A model generated the notes under the pieces. The model saw only the letters and a list, made by a program, of their open reading frames with translations, did no database searches and was not told where the DNA came from. Positions 1-8,942 of a stretch of 37,980 nucleotides of DNA are shown here, one piece after another (the first letter of the stretch is position 1; every line of letters begins with the position of its first letter). The stretch is from Bacteroidota bacterium (GTDB lineage: Bacteria > Bacteroidota > Bacteroidia > Bacteroidales > VadinHA17), in the NCBI GenBank assembly GCA_030613125.1, contig JAUWMO010000001.1, positions 1 through 37,980 of the forward strand, written 5' to 3'. The translations under genes and the position numbers were made by a program.

Positions 1-939
1 TTGAATATTTATGTTTGGATGAATTCTATAAACCCTTTCAATTGGATAAACGTAGCACAAAAGATTAATAAGTTAAAACCCGATTTCTTAATATTCCGGC
101 AGTGGATACCTTTTATGGCTCCTTGCTTTGGAACAATTACACGTTTTCTTGATAAACAAATAAAGGTTCTGTCGGTGGTAGATAACCTTTATCCTCATGA
201 AAAAAGACCGTTTGATAAAATTCTGACTAACTACTTTATAAACAAATGTGACGGATTCATTACATTTTCAAAAACTGTAAAAGCCCAGCTGGAAGAGCTT
301 AGCTTTCAGAATGTTATATATACCCCCCATCCCATTGACGATAATCTTGGTGTTAAAGTGGAAAAAAATGAAGCATGTGAATATTTGAAACTGGACAGGA
401 GTGTGAACTATGTTTTGTTTTTTGGCCTTGTCAGAAAGTATAAGGGTTTGGATTTGCTTCTGAAATCCTTTGCATACCCAAAAATACGGGAACTGGGAAT
501 TAAATTATTGGTGGTTGGTGAATTTTATGATGACCCCCAAAATTATTATACAATAATTGAAAGTAATAAATTGAGTGATCTGGTTAATGTGACAAATCAA
601 TTTGTACCAGTTACAGATGTCAAGTATTATTTTTCAGCTGCTGATCTTGTGGCACAGACATATCATTCTGCTACACAAAGCGGTATAACGCAAATTGCAT
701 ATAATTTTGATTGTCCAATGCTGGTAACCAACGTTGGGGGATTATCGGAATATGTACCACATAACAAGGTTGGTTATGTGGTTGAAAAAGATACAGAGCA
801 GATTGCTGAGGCAATAGTAGATTTTTTTACTAAAAATCGGGCCAAAGAATTTATACCGAATGTTATTGAAGAAAAGAAAAAATATAGCTGGGATATTTTT
901 GTTAGTAACGTGGAAGAATTACTCAATTTAGTTTCGTAG
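1..939 (+). CDS. Glycosyltransferase, GT-B fold (GT1/GT4-like); 5' end cut by window edge
   Basis: The frame is open from nt 1; the track start is only a TTG at the edge. The C-terminal half has a Glycos_transf_1-like layout: LFFGLVRKYKGLDLLLKSF, VVGEF, SATQSGITQIAYNFDCPMLVTNVGGLSEYV. Family call from motif recall. Confidence 0.75.
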   Translation: MNIYVWMNSINPFNWINVAQKINKLKPDFLIFRQWIPFMAPCFGTITRFLDKQIKVLSVVDNLYPHEKRPFDKILTNYFINKCDGFITFSKTVKAQLEELSFQNVIYTPHPIDDNLGVKVEKNEACEYLKLDRSVNYVLFFGLVRKYKGLDLLLKSFAYPKIRELGIKLLVVGEFYDDPQNYYTIIESNKLSDLVNVTNQFVPVTDVKYYFSAADLVAQTYHSATQSGITQIAYNFDCPMLVTNVGGLSEYVPHNKVGYVVEKDTEQIAEAIVDFFTKNRAKEFIPNVIEEKKKYSWDIFVSNVEELLNLVS

Positions 940-1407
940 TTCTAAATCTGAATATTTATCCTTTAAAAGTCCAACTACTTTTTTATCAATCGGAAATGAT
1001 ACATCATTTTCATTCAAGTCTTTGATTGCCTTCCAACGAAAAGATTGACTGCCATTTACCATTTTTTCAAAATCAAAAGGCATTGTTGATACCCTGAAGC
1101 GAATAGAATCTATGAATTTAACCAGATAATAAATGCTAATAAGTTGGTGATTCTTATAAAACAGCGCTTCCTGAAAATAATCGGTGGTGTAGAAGTGAGA
1201 TATAATATCAATCTCCTGACCAAATTCTTCCATTGCTTCCCTTTTAATACAATCGGCCGGACCTTCACCGAATTTCATTCCACCACCGGGGAACTTGGTC
1301 ATTTTCATTCCTAACTGGAATTCATCACTCAATAAAACCTCCTTTTTATTATTGATGATCAGTCCATAGATCCTGATAATTAAATTTTTTATCTCTGTAT
1401 TATTCAT
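928..1407 (-). CDS. NUDIX hydrolase
   Basis: Nudix box GGMKFGE-GPADCIK-REAMEEFGQ fits Gx5Ex7REUxEExGU. A 4-nt ATGA overlap with miaA (1404-1407) suggests co-transcription. There is a 12-nt convergent overlap with the glycosyltransferase 3' end. Confidence 0.85.
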   Translation of the reverse strand: MNNTEIKNLIIRIYGLIINNKKEVLLSDEFQLGMKMTKFPGGGMKFGEGPADCIKREAMEEFGQEIDIISHFYTTDYFQEALFYKNHQLISIYYLVKFIDSIRFRVSTMPFDFEKMVNGSQSFRWKAIKDLNENDVSFPIDKKVVGLLKDKYSDLELRN

Positions 1408-2291
1408 AATAATTCAAAAATCTTCTCACTTTCTGAGGGTTGAAACCAGTGGATGTCTTTATCTCTCTGGAACCATGTAAGTTGCCTTTTTGCAAATCGC
1501 CGGGTGTTCCTTTTAATCAGATCTATAGCTTTATCCAGGCTGATTTTGCCGTCAAAACAGGAAAAAAGTTCTCTGTATCCCACTGTCTTCAATGCATTCA
1601 ATTCACGGTATGGATAAAGACCTCTTGCTTCTTCAAGCAATCCTTTCTTTATTAATTGATCTACACGAAGGTTTATTCGGTCATACAATTCTTCCCTGCC
1701 TATATTTAATCCAATTTTAAGAGTACTGAAATCACGAATCTTTTTTTTTTGTGTCAGAAAAGATGAATAAGGTTTTCCTGTTATGATAGAAATCTCAAGG
1801 CCTTTCAGTATCCGGTTTGGATTTTTCAGATCTACCTTGCTGTAATATTCAGGGTCAAGGATTTTCAATTGAAGTCGTAAACTCTCAATACCTTCTCTAT
1901 GATATTGGTCCTGTAACCTTGACCGTATTTCAGGATCAACAACTGGCAAATCATCAATACCTGAACATACAGCATCTATATACATGCCGGATCCGCCAAC
2001 CATCAAAACTGAATCATAAATAGTAAATTTTTCTTTCAACAGATTGAGCACATCAACTTCAAACATACTGGCATTGTAATAATTGTGGATTGATTGTGTT
2101 CCGATGAAATGATGTGGGACTGTTTTTAGTTGTTCAATATCAGGGCTGGCCGTTCCAATCTTTAATTCACTGAAGATTTGCCGTGAGTCGGCAGAAATAA
2201 TCTCAGTACCAATTTTTTTTGCCAGGGTTATTCCAATCTTAGTTTTGCCGACTGCTGTGGGCCCTAAAATTGTTATCAATGTTTTTCTCAT
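1404..2291 (-). CDS. miaA: tRNA dimethylallyltransferase
   Basis: N-terminal P-loop ILGPTAVGKT; 295 aa; IPPT-family blocks SADSRQIF, VGGSGMY, RRFAKRQLTWF. Confidence 0.92.
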   Translation of the reverse strand: MRKTLITILGPTAVGKTKIGITLAKKIGTEIISADSRQIFSELKIGTASPDIEQLKTVPHHFIGTQSIHNYYNASMFEVDVLNLLKEKFTIYDSVLMVGGSGMYIDAVCSGIDDLPVVDPEIRSRLQDQYHREGIESLRLQLKILDPEYYSKVDLKNPNRILKGLEISIITGKPYSSFLTQKKKIRDFSTLKIGLNIGREELYDRINLRVDQLIKKGLLEEARGLYPYRELNALKTVGYRELFSCFDGKISLDKAIDLIKRNTRRFAKRQLTWFQRDKDIHWFQPSESEKIFELL

Positions 2292-2388
2292 TCCAAAGTA
2301 AATTTTTAATTATTGAAATTGCAAACCTGACCTTTTATTGTTTGTATTTAAGCTGATTGTCAGACCAATTGTGATTGATGATTGATTT

Positions 2389-2898
2389 TCAAATTTCCAG
2401 GTCATCTAATGATTCAAGCCGGATATCGTCATAATCATCATCATCAAAAATATTTTTAATGTCCCCGGGAATCAGGTCAGGAGTAAGGATTTGTTGAGGT
2501 ATCTTGCCCTCTAAACGAATGCAGATGGGGAAATTAGTATCACAAGGACCTTTATCTATCTGGATAAGTTCAATATTTAAGGCCCTTTCATAGAAAAAAT
2601 CATAAACATATAAAAGTCTGTCTTTTACTTGTTTAAGATGATCCTTTAATGAGCTTTTAGTCATAGTTAACGGGCCGGTTTTGGTTTTATCAGACATCTC
2701 AAGTAACGTAATCTCCTTCTCTTTTTCCCAGTTCTGATTTGTTAAATAGAATGATGCCATCTGGCTTTTATCATACTTTAAAGCCTTCTGAATGGCTTCA
2801 TGTAGATGAAGAAAGGTTTGTTCTGATCTGATTTTCAGTTCAAGAACAAAACTATCTTCTTCGTTGGATAAAATCCTGAATGTGTAAATTAATGACAC
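2389..2898 (-). CDS. Hypothetical cytoplasmic protein with strongly acidic C-terminal tail (possibly pRiA4b ORF-3-like fold)
   Basis: 169-aa ORF with no signal peptide. The YTFRIL...FLHLHEAIQKAL pattern loosely recalls PF07929-type proteins (recall only). Tail is FDDDDYDDIRLESLDDLEI. Confidence 0.5.
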   Translation of the reverse strand: MSLIYTFRILSNEEDSFVLELKIRSEQTFLHLHEAIQKALKYDKSQMASFYLTNQNWEKEKEITLLEMSDKTKTGPLTMTKSSLKDHLKQVKDRLLYVYDFFYERALNIELIQIDKGPCDTNFPICIRLEGKIPQQILTPDLIPGDIKNIFDDDDYDDIRLESLDDLEI

Positions 2899-2967
2899 TT
2901 ATTAATCCAGTTTGTATGTTACAATTTACAACTTTTAGATTAAAAAAAACATTTTAAGTGAGATAAT

Positions 2968-4062
2968 TTACAGGGAAATCAGAAACCGGATTGTGTCGAT
3001 ATTATCTGCATAATCCCACAATTCAGGATACTGGGCTTTTCCAAAGGCCGTGTAGTTTTTATCCGTATTCCCGACTATACACTGAATTTTTTCACTATAT
3101 AGATTTAAAATATTGTTAAGCTCTTTAATGGTTTTATATTGTTGGAAAAACAAAACTCCTATGGGTGATGAGATTTGTGGATCTTCCTTGAGAATAAATA
3201 AACCGGTATCAATAAAAGGGATTTTATCCATTTCAGCCAGTGTACGTTGGTATTTATAATTTGCGGCATATCCTGAATGATGCAAAACATAGCTGTTTTT
3301 TTGCATTGTTTTAATAAACTTTGTGAAATTGTATTTTTCCGGCACAAATAGTTTGGCTACATTGCGGCATCCTAAACCAAAATAGCTGAAAATATCATTT
3401 CCAAGATTTTCGAGTTCTGTTGAGGTCTCAATTCCTTCTAAAACTGCAACTCCATTACGGTTTTTTCTAATAAGTGAAGGCAGGCCTCTGTAGTGGTAAT
3501 CAAAATACCTCGATGTATTATCTGATCCTGTGGCTATTATTGCATCAATGTTTTCAGGCAGATCATTACTGAAATGTATTAGATCCTGAAACCCTGGCTC
3601 AAGTTTAATAAGGACCTCTGCCAGTATTTCCATCAATCCGGTTTCCTTTGAGGAAGATTTTCCGATAAATTTATTCCCTGAGATTAACACCGAAAGGAGA
3701 TCATGAGCACCAACAAAAGGTATATTTCCAGCCATTATAACTCCAATGCGTTTTTTTGGTTTGGTATCGCTAATTTCAGTATATGAATATATCCATTTTT
3801 CAAGTTTTGATCTTTGCAGGGATGATCCCAGAGCGTACATAGCCTGTCTGATCTGAACACTCATAAACCATTGGTTTTTTCTTGAAGAGTTGGGTATGGC
3901 TTTTGCGATTTCGGATAACCTGTCTATACTGATTCCGGCTGGTTTCCCTTTTTTACCCTTCGAGGCCAGCCATAAAAGACTATCACCAAGTGCGACGAAG
4001 CACTCTATTCTTTTTTTTAGAGTCATGATCATAGTCATTCCCTTTTTAGGTGAAATTATCAA
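2968..4062 (-). CDS. LuxC-like acyl-CoA reductase family protein
   Basis: 364-aa ORF. The block IGVIMAGNIPFVGAHDLLSVLISGNKFIGKSSSKE matches my recollection of the Bacteroidota LuxC-type acyl-CoA reductase family. The start is uncertain: alternative ATGs lie within the first 13 codons (MIISPKKGMTMIMTLKK). Confidence 0.6.
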   Translation of the reverse strand: MIISPKKGMTMIMTLKKRIECFVALGDSLLWLASKGKKGKPAGISIDRLSEIAKAIPNSSRKNQWFMSVQIRQAMYALGSSLQRSKLEKWIYSYTEISDTKPKKRIGVIMAGNIPFVGAHDLLSVLISGNKFIGKSSSKETGLMEILAEVLIKLEPGFQDLIHFSNDLPENIDAIIATGSDNTSRYFDYHYRGLPSLIRKNRNGVAVLEGIETSTELENLGNDIFSYFGLGCRNVAKLFVPEKYNFTKFIKTMQKNSYVLHHSGYAANYKYQRTLAEMDKIPFIDTGLFILKEDPQISSPIGVLFFQQYKTIKELNNILNLYSEKIQCIVGNTDKNYTAFGKAQYPELWDYADNIDTIRFLISL

Positions 4063-4074
4063 TTATTTTGGAGA

Positions 4075-5379
4075 TTATTTCTCAAGTTCACCTTCAAAAT
4101 GCAGGTCTTCACGGATTTTGACTACTCTCGAATGTGCTAACTCCGGGGCATAGATAATTCCCGGAGGATTTTTACCATCTCCTTCAGGATATCCGCAAGC
4201 GGTTAAATAATTCTGATAATATTTTAAAGCTTTCTTTTTGTCATTAAGTTTATAGTCGTAAAGTGAAGCGATATTGAAAAGTACAGCATACTCCTCGGGG
4301 TCAAATTGATATGAGAGGATATAGTTACTTAAAGCCTCATTCCATTTTTTCATATTATACTGACAACCACCAATATACCTGTAATTAGAAGCGAGGAACT
4401 GTGGAGAAGGTTTGAGAAGCTCAAGTGTTAACAGAAAATATTTGTTTGCTGTTTTAAAATCAGACGTTTCATAGTATGCTATACTAAGATGATAACAATT
4501 ATTGGCATGGGTTGTGTCGGCCCTGAAGACTTCTTCCAGGAGGGGTAATGCATTTTCAGATTGCCCGGAAGATAAGTAAGATAACCCCAGATATTTTGTT
4601 GTGAACAGTGAAGAGTCACCAAGGGACCGGGCTTCTTTAAATTGGCGGATGGCTAAGTTGTATTGTTGCAGCAGATAATAACAGTATGCTTCCAGAATGA
4701 TCAGAGGGACAGCATAACTGTCATGATGCAGGCCAAGTTTTACTACATCCAGGGCCAGTTTGTAATCTCCTTGTTTATTGTATAGTGTAGCCAGTTGGGC
4801 AATCAGATTTTGATCCCGGTTGTTAAGATTTACAGCATTGTGCATATACCATGCCGCCTGTTTAACTGAATCGGCTTTCAGGTAAACAAGTCCAAGTTCT
4901 TTATTATAAACAAATTTCCCCGGGTCTAATGCTACAAGGGTCCTGTAAATTTCAATAGCATTCAAATATTTTTTCGTTTTGGTATATGACTTTGCAAGTT
5001 CAATCCTGGCGTACAATTGAGAGCTGTCTTTATTAATGATAGACATATATGTTAAGATAGCTTTTTTATTATCTCCAAGTCCTGAATAAGCCTTTCCCAA
5101 AGCATATAAGACTGAAAGATTCTCCGGTTCATACATTTTCGCCTTTTGGATGGCTTCAAGAGCTTCTTTGTATTGCAGCAGGGCAAGATGGGCCTGACCT
5201 TTGGGAAACCATGCCCAGGTGAAAGTGCTGTCCATACCTAACGCTTGTCTGCTGAGGAGGATGACTTCATTATATTGCCGGTTTATAAGTTGAATTGAAA
5301 TGGAATCTTTGAGATTTGATGGCTGGCTGAAAAGACTGGTGGAAGACAGAAGCAGAATATATAAAATGATTTTTTTCAT
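4075..5379 (-). CDS. Secreted tetratricopeptide-repeat (TPR) protein
   Basis: Signal peptide MKKIILYILLLSSTSLFSQ followed by many 34-aa TPR-like units (A/Y/L spacing). I moved the start to ATG 5379, because the track start 5418 would run through the terminator hairpin at 5410-5438. Confidence 0.8.
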   Translation of the reverse strand: MKKIILYILLLSSTSLFSQPSNLKDSISIQLINRQYNEVILLSRQALGMDSTFTWAWFPKGQAHLALLQYKEALEAIQKAKMYEPENLSVLYALGKAYSGLGDNKKAILTYMSIINKDSSQLYARIELAKSYTKTKKYLNAIEIYRTLVALDPGKFVYNKELGLVYLKADSVKQAAWYMHNAVNLNNRDQNLIAQLATLYNKQGDYKLALDVVKLGLHHDSYAVPLIILEAYCYYLLQQYNLAIRQFKEARSLGDSSLFTTKYLGLSYLSSGQSENALPLLEEVFRADTTHANNCYHLSIAYYETSDFKTANKYFLLTLELLKPSPQFLASNYRYIGGCQYNMKKWNEALSNYILSYQFDPEEYAVLFNIASLYDYKLNDKKKALKYYQNYLTACGYPEGDGKNPPGIIYAPELAHSRVVKIREDLHFEGELEK

Positions 5380-5402
5380 GGTAATTTTTTCAGCGGTTTT
5401 GG

Positions 5403-5438
5403 AAGAAAAAAACCACACTTGTTTTTAAAGTGTGGTTT
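5403..5438 (-). terminator. Rho-independent terminator of the blaI / M56-TonB operon
   Basis: Perfect 11-bp stem (5410-5420 pairs with 5428-5438, AAACCACACTT / AAGTGTGGTTT) with a 7-nt loop. On the minus strand it is followed by TTTTTTT. It lies 21 nt downstream of the stop at 5459. Confidence 0.8.
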
Positions 5439-5458
5439 AATATACGATTTATTGAGCA

Positions 5459-6757
5459 TTACTGCAATACAAAGTTAATAGGGAAGGTATAGGACATATT
5501 CACTGCTTTACCTTTTTCTTTACCGGGTTTCCATTTTGGTGATGACTCAATCACCCTTATGGCTTCCGCATCCAAAAGGGGATCCGCCCCTCTGGCAACT
5601 TTGACATGACCTACAGTACCATCCGATTTTACAATAAACATTATAAAAACTTTACCTGAAATTCCTTTTTCTGCTGCCTCTTCAGGATATTTGAGATTTT
5701 CCATAATATATTTTTTGAATTTTCCTCCTTTATTATCACCCTGAAATTCTGGCAACTCTTCAACATTGAAATATACTTTATCAGGTATTTCAGAGCTTGA
5801 GATGTTTTCTTCAATTACAGATTTAGATGTTGTTTCAGCATTAACTGGTAGAACTTCTACTTCCTGGTTTGGTTCTAAAAGATTATCTGAATTGCTTGAA
5901 CATGAAAATATCAGCGCCAAGGTTATAATAACAGGCACTGTGAATAATAGTTTAAGATTGGTAATTCCCGGACTTTTACTTTTTGTCATCATAATAATTC
6001 GATTTTTAATTAATGATTTATTGAAATTATTCCCAACAGGGAAAAATTGAATGCCAAAAATTTGATTCATTATCAGGTTTTGATAGCTGTTAACCAGTAT
6101 TCCTTTTTTTAGTACCAAAGAATCGGCTGTATATTCATGAATTTCTTTAAAAGAGAATCGGTAAAGCCATACAATTGGGTTAAACCATTGAAAAACAATA
6201 AGCAATTCAGAAATTAAAAGGTCTACTGTGTGAAGTTGTCGAATATGTACTTTTTCGTGATTGATTATCTCATCATTTTTAAATTCAACTGTATACTTTC
6301 TAGGTAAAAAGACCCAATTAAAGAATGAAAATGGAGATATATTTTGTTGTACCCTTATAATCTTGATTTTTCCAATGGTACTTGATTCTCCTTTTTGAAT
6401 CCAGTTCCAGATTTGATAAAGACGGAAAATCAAAATTCCGCTAAAAAAACTAACCCCCAATAAGTAAATAACCAATAACAAACTCACAGATTTTGTCAGA
6501 AAAATGTTTGTAAAAGAACGGCTTATCTCCGGAGTTATTAATATTTCATCAAGTTGAATAATTTGCGCAATGGAATTCGTCCCCGGTGCCAGGCGTATGT
6601 TTATTAAGGGGATAATCATTGAAAAAAGGATAGAAACTGCAAGATATAATCTGTTTCTGTTAAAAAATGTATCATTTTTCAGGAATAGCCAATAGATACT
6701 ATACAGCAGAGCAAGGCTAACACCTGACTCAAATAAATATAGAAAAAAGCTATTCAT
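5459..6757 (-). CDS. BlaR1/MecR1-type M56 peptidase-like membrane sensor fused to a TonB C-terminal domain
   Basis: N-terminal TM helices. HExxH motif HEKVHIRQLH, then EIHEYTADS. C-terminal TonB_C-like block YPEEAAEKGISGKVFIMFIVKSDGTVGHVKVARGADPLLDAEAIRVIESSPKWKPGKEKGKAVNMSYTFPINF. Confidence 0.85.
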   Translation of the reverse strand: MNSFFLYLFESGVSLALLYSIYWLFLKNDTFFNRNRLYLAVSILFSMIIPLINIRLAPGTNSIAQIIQLDEILITPEISRSFTNIFLTKSVSLLLVIYLLGVSFFSGILIFRLYQIWNWIQKGESSTIGKIKIIRVQQNISPFSFFNWVFLPRKYTVEFKNDEIINHEKVHIRQLHTVDLLISELLIVFQWFNPIVWLYRFSFKEIHEYTADSLVLKKGILVNSYQNLIMNQIFGIQFFPVGNNFNKSLIKNRIIMMTKSKSPGITNLKLLFTVPVIITLALIFSCSSNSDNLLEPNQEVEVLPVNAETTSKSVIEENISSSEIPDKVYFNVEELPEFQGDNKGGKFKKYIMENLKYPEEAAEKGISGKVFIMFIVKSDGTVGHVKVARGADPLLDAEAIRVIESSPKWKPGKEKGKAVNMSYTFPINFVLQ

Positions 6758-6776
6758 TTTTTATTATTTACTGTGC

Positions 6777-8555
6777 CTATTTATCTTTAGTTGTAATAAT
6801 CACAGCTCCGTTTCCTGCTTTTTCTCCAAATTTCTCTACTGCCTTTTCTCCTTTTATAACTTCAATTTTTTGAATATTATTCGTATTTAGTTCTTCCCAC
6901 TCCTTTTTAGAAATAATTTTCCCATCGATAATAAATATTGGGTTTATCTCTTCGAAAAAAGAGGGTTTTGGCTCGGGTGACATATCGTTTTTCGTGGTAA
7001 AAATGATCACCCCGTTCTTGCCTTTTTCCCCATATTTTTCTAACGCATCGTCTCCTCTTAAAACCCTTATTACAAGTATTGATTTCGGATCAATTTTATT
7101 CACTTCTTCCTTAGTGACCGTTTTTCCATCCAGAACATACAAGGCTTCTTCTGACATATTCGCTATCAGGTCCGTAATTTTCTTAACATTTCCATCAAGA
7201 TAGAATGTGATTGGAAAAGTAAGAGAAACCCTTACCGCCTTTCCCCTTTGTTTTCCCGGAATCCATTTCGGGCTAGACTTAACAACCCTGCTGGCCTCAG
7301 CATCAAGTAAGGGGTGTGCTTCACGAACAACCGTAACGTTCGAAACGCTGCCGTCTTTTTCAACAACACACCGGACAAATACTTTGCCTTCAATTTTATT
7401 TCCCCTGGCTTCTTCAGGATATTTAAGGTTTTGCAGGATCCATGTTCTGAAACCCTCCGGGCCTTTTCCCTGGAAAGAAGGCATCTCTTCAACAATGAAA
7501 AATATTTCGGCTGAATCCAGCAGTGCAGGCTTTTGATCAGGTTTATCATTCTTTAAAGTGAATTCAGGAATAGAAAAATTATCTAATGGATCAATTATTG
7601 GAAAAATAAAGGACAGGGAATTATCCTGTTCCAATTTACTCAGAGGATTTTCTGAATCTTTGCTAGGAACGGCCTCTCCTGTAAATGAGAAGGTAGCAAC
7701 CAATATAGCTGCTATGGGTAATATGAACAATGATTTAATTATTGTTCGTTTTTTTGATTGTGTTTTTGTTATCATGGTAATTCGTTTTTTAATTAATGAA
7801 TGGTTAATTAAATTATGAACACCCTGAAAGAACTGATTGCCGAATACCTGTTGCAGGATTAGTTTCTGATAACTTATTTTACTTTCTCCGTTTTTAATTA
7901 CTCCCCTGTCTGCCTCATATTCATGCACTTCCCGAACGGCATATTTGTAAAGCCATACAAATGGGTTGAACCACTGCAGGATACAGATAATCTCAAGAAC
8001 AATGATATCAACAGTATGCAGCCTCTTGATATGCTCCCATTCATGATGCAATATGTTTTTAAGTTCATCATTATTAATATTCCGAGTGTTAATAAAGATC
8101 AGATTGAAGAATGAAAAAGGTGAAATGTCTTTTTTTAAAGGTACAATCTTGTAACCGGAGAATTTATTTATACCATATTTCTTTATCAGGCCCATAACCT
8201 GAAATAACTGGACAAAGAACTTAACCGAGAAAATAAAAACACCTGCAAAATAAATGGTGTAAATTATATTCAGGAATGAAATAGTATTGCTTTCACCTGC
8301 CAAAGTAGTTTCAGGCGCAATAAAAAGATCATCCATCAGGTATTGGTCAATGATGTAAACCATAGTACCGGACTCCGGCATTGCATTAACTGTGATCTTG
8401 ATAAATGGCAGGGTAATTGCCAGTGCCATTGAAATGCCAAGGATGATCCGGTTCAAAGAAAAATAAGTTTCTTTTCTCAGCAGAAACCAATAAAAAAGAT
8501 AAAGGATAGCAATACTGATCCCTGATTCATAAAGGAAAATTCCAAACTGGTTCAT
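6777..8555 (-). CDS. BlaR1/MecR1-type M56 sensor fused to a TonB C-terminal domain plus two C-terminal TBDR-plug-like repeats
   Basis: HEWEHIKRLH and EVHEYEADR motifs. TonB_C-like block YPEEARGNKIEGKVFVRCVVEKDGSVSNVTVVREAHPLLDAEASRVVKSSPKWIPGKQRGKAVRVSLTFPITF. Two roughly 52-aa repeats follow, each ending in NGVIIFTTK or NGAVIITTK. It is a paralogue of 5459..6757. Confidence 0.85.
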   Translation of the reverse strand: MNQFGIFLYESGISIAILYLFYWFLLRKETYFSLNRIILGISMALAITLPFIKITVNAMPESGTMVYIIDQYLMDDLFIAPETTLAGESNTISFLNIIYTIYFAGVFIFSVKFFVQLFQVMGLIKKYGINKFSGYKIVPLKKDISPFSFFNLIFINTRNINNDELKNILHHEWEHIKRLHTVDIIVLEIICILQWFNPFVWLYKYAVREVHEYEADRGVIKNGESKISYQKLILQQVFGNQFFQGVHNLINHSLIKKRITMITKTQSKKRTIIKSLFILPIAAILVATFSFTGEAVPSKDSENPLSKLEQDNSLSFIFPIIDPLDNFSIPEFTLKNDKPDQKPALLDSAEIFFIVEEMPSFQGKGPEGFRTWILQNLKYPEEARGNKIEGKVFVRCVVEKDGSVSNVTVVREAHPLLDAEASRVVKSSPKWIPGKQRGKAVRVSLTFPITFYLDGNVKKITDLIANMSEEALYVLDGKTVTKEEVNKIDPKSILVIRVLRGDDALEKYGEKGKNGVIIFTTKNDMSPEPKPSFFEEINPIFIIDGKIISKKEWEELNTNNIQKIEVIKGEKAVEKFGEKAGNGAVIITTKDK

Positions 8556-8926
8556 TTTTTTTGTTTTATAATTTCATCCTCTATGATCTTCAGAATATCT
8601 TCCATTTCCTGTACACTTATACTCTTTTCTTTAGCGAAAAAAGAAACCATTTTTTCAAAAGAGTTACTGAAATAGTTTTTCATAAAACTTTTCATATGTG
8701 CTTTGGTATATTCCTCTTTATTGACCAGAGGATAGTACCTGTGCGATTTACCGTAAGCGGTATACGAGACAACCCCCTTTTTCTCAAGAATTCGTACAAT
8801 GGTTGAAACCGTATTGTACGCCGGTTTGGGGTTGGGAAGTTTTTCAATGATCTCCTTCACGAAAGCTTCGTCAAGCCTCCATAGGATCTGCATGATCTGT
8901 TCTTCTGCTTTTGTCAGTTCTTTCAT
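8552..8926 (-). CDS. BlaI/MecI/CopY-family winged-helix transcriptional repressor
   Basis: Penicillinase-repressor pattern LTKAEEQIMQILW...PKPAYNTVSTIVRILEKKGVVSY...GKSHRYYPL. Its stop overlaps the M56 gene start (ATGA at 8552-8555). I moved the start to ATG 8926, because the track start 8947 is a TTG inside the predicted -7 box. Confidence 0.85.
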   Translation of the reverse strand: MKELTKAEEQIMQILWRLDEAFVKEIIEKLPNPKPAYNTVSTIVRILEKKGVVSYTAYGKSHRYYPLVNKEEYTKAHMKSFMKNYFSNSFEKMVSFFAKEKSISVQEMEDILKIIEDEIIKQKK

Positions 8927-8942
8927 TGTGTTCAGTTTACAA

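Noticed and set aside
5380-5418. The 13-codon N-terminal extension (MWFFSSKTAEKIT) of the TPR protein in the track.
   Set aside because: It overlaps the upstream operon's terminator hairpin. The downstream ATG at 5379 starts a canonical signal peptide (MKKIILYILLL...).
5459-8926. Interpreting the BlaI/BlaR1-like genes as a beta-lactam resistance locus.
   Set aside because: There is no beta-lactamase or PBP gene adjacent. The sensors carry TonB_C domains rather than a penicillin-binding sensor domain, so an antibiotic-resistance call is not supported.
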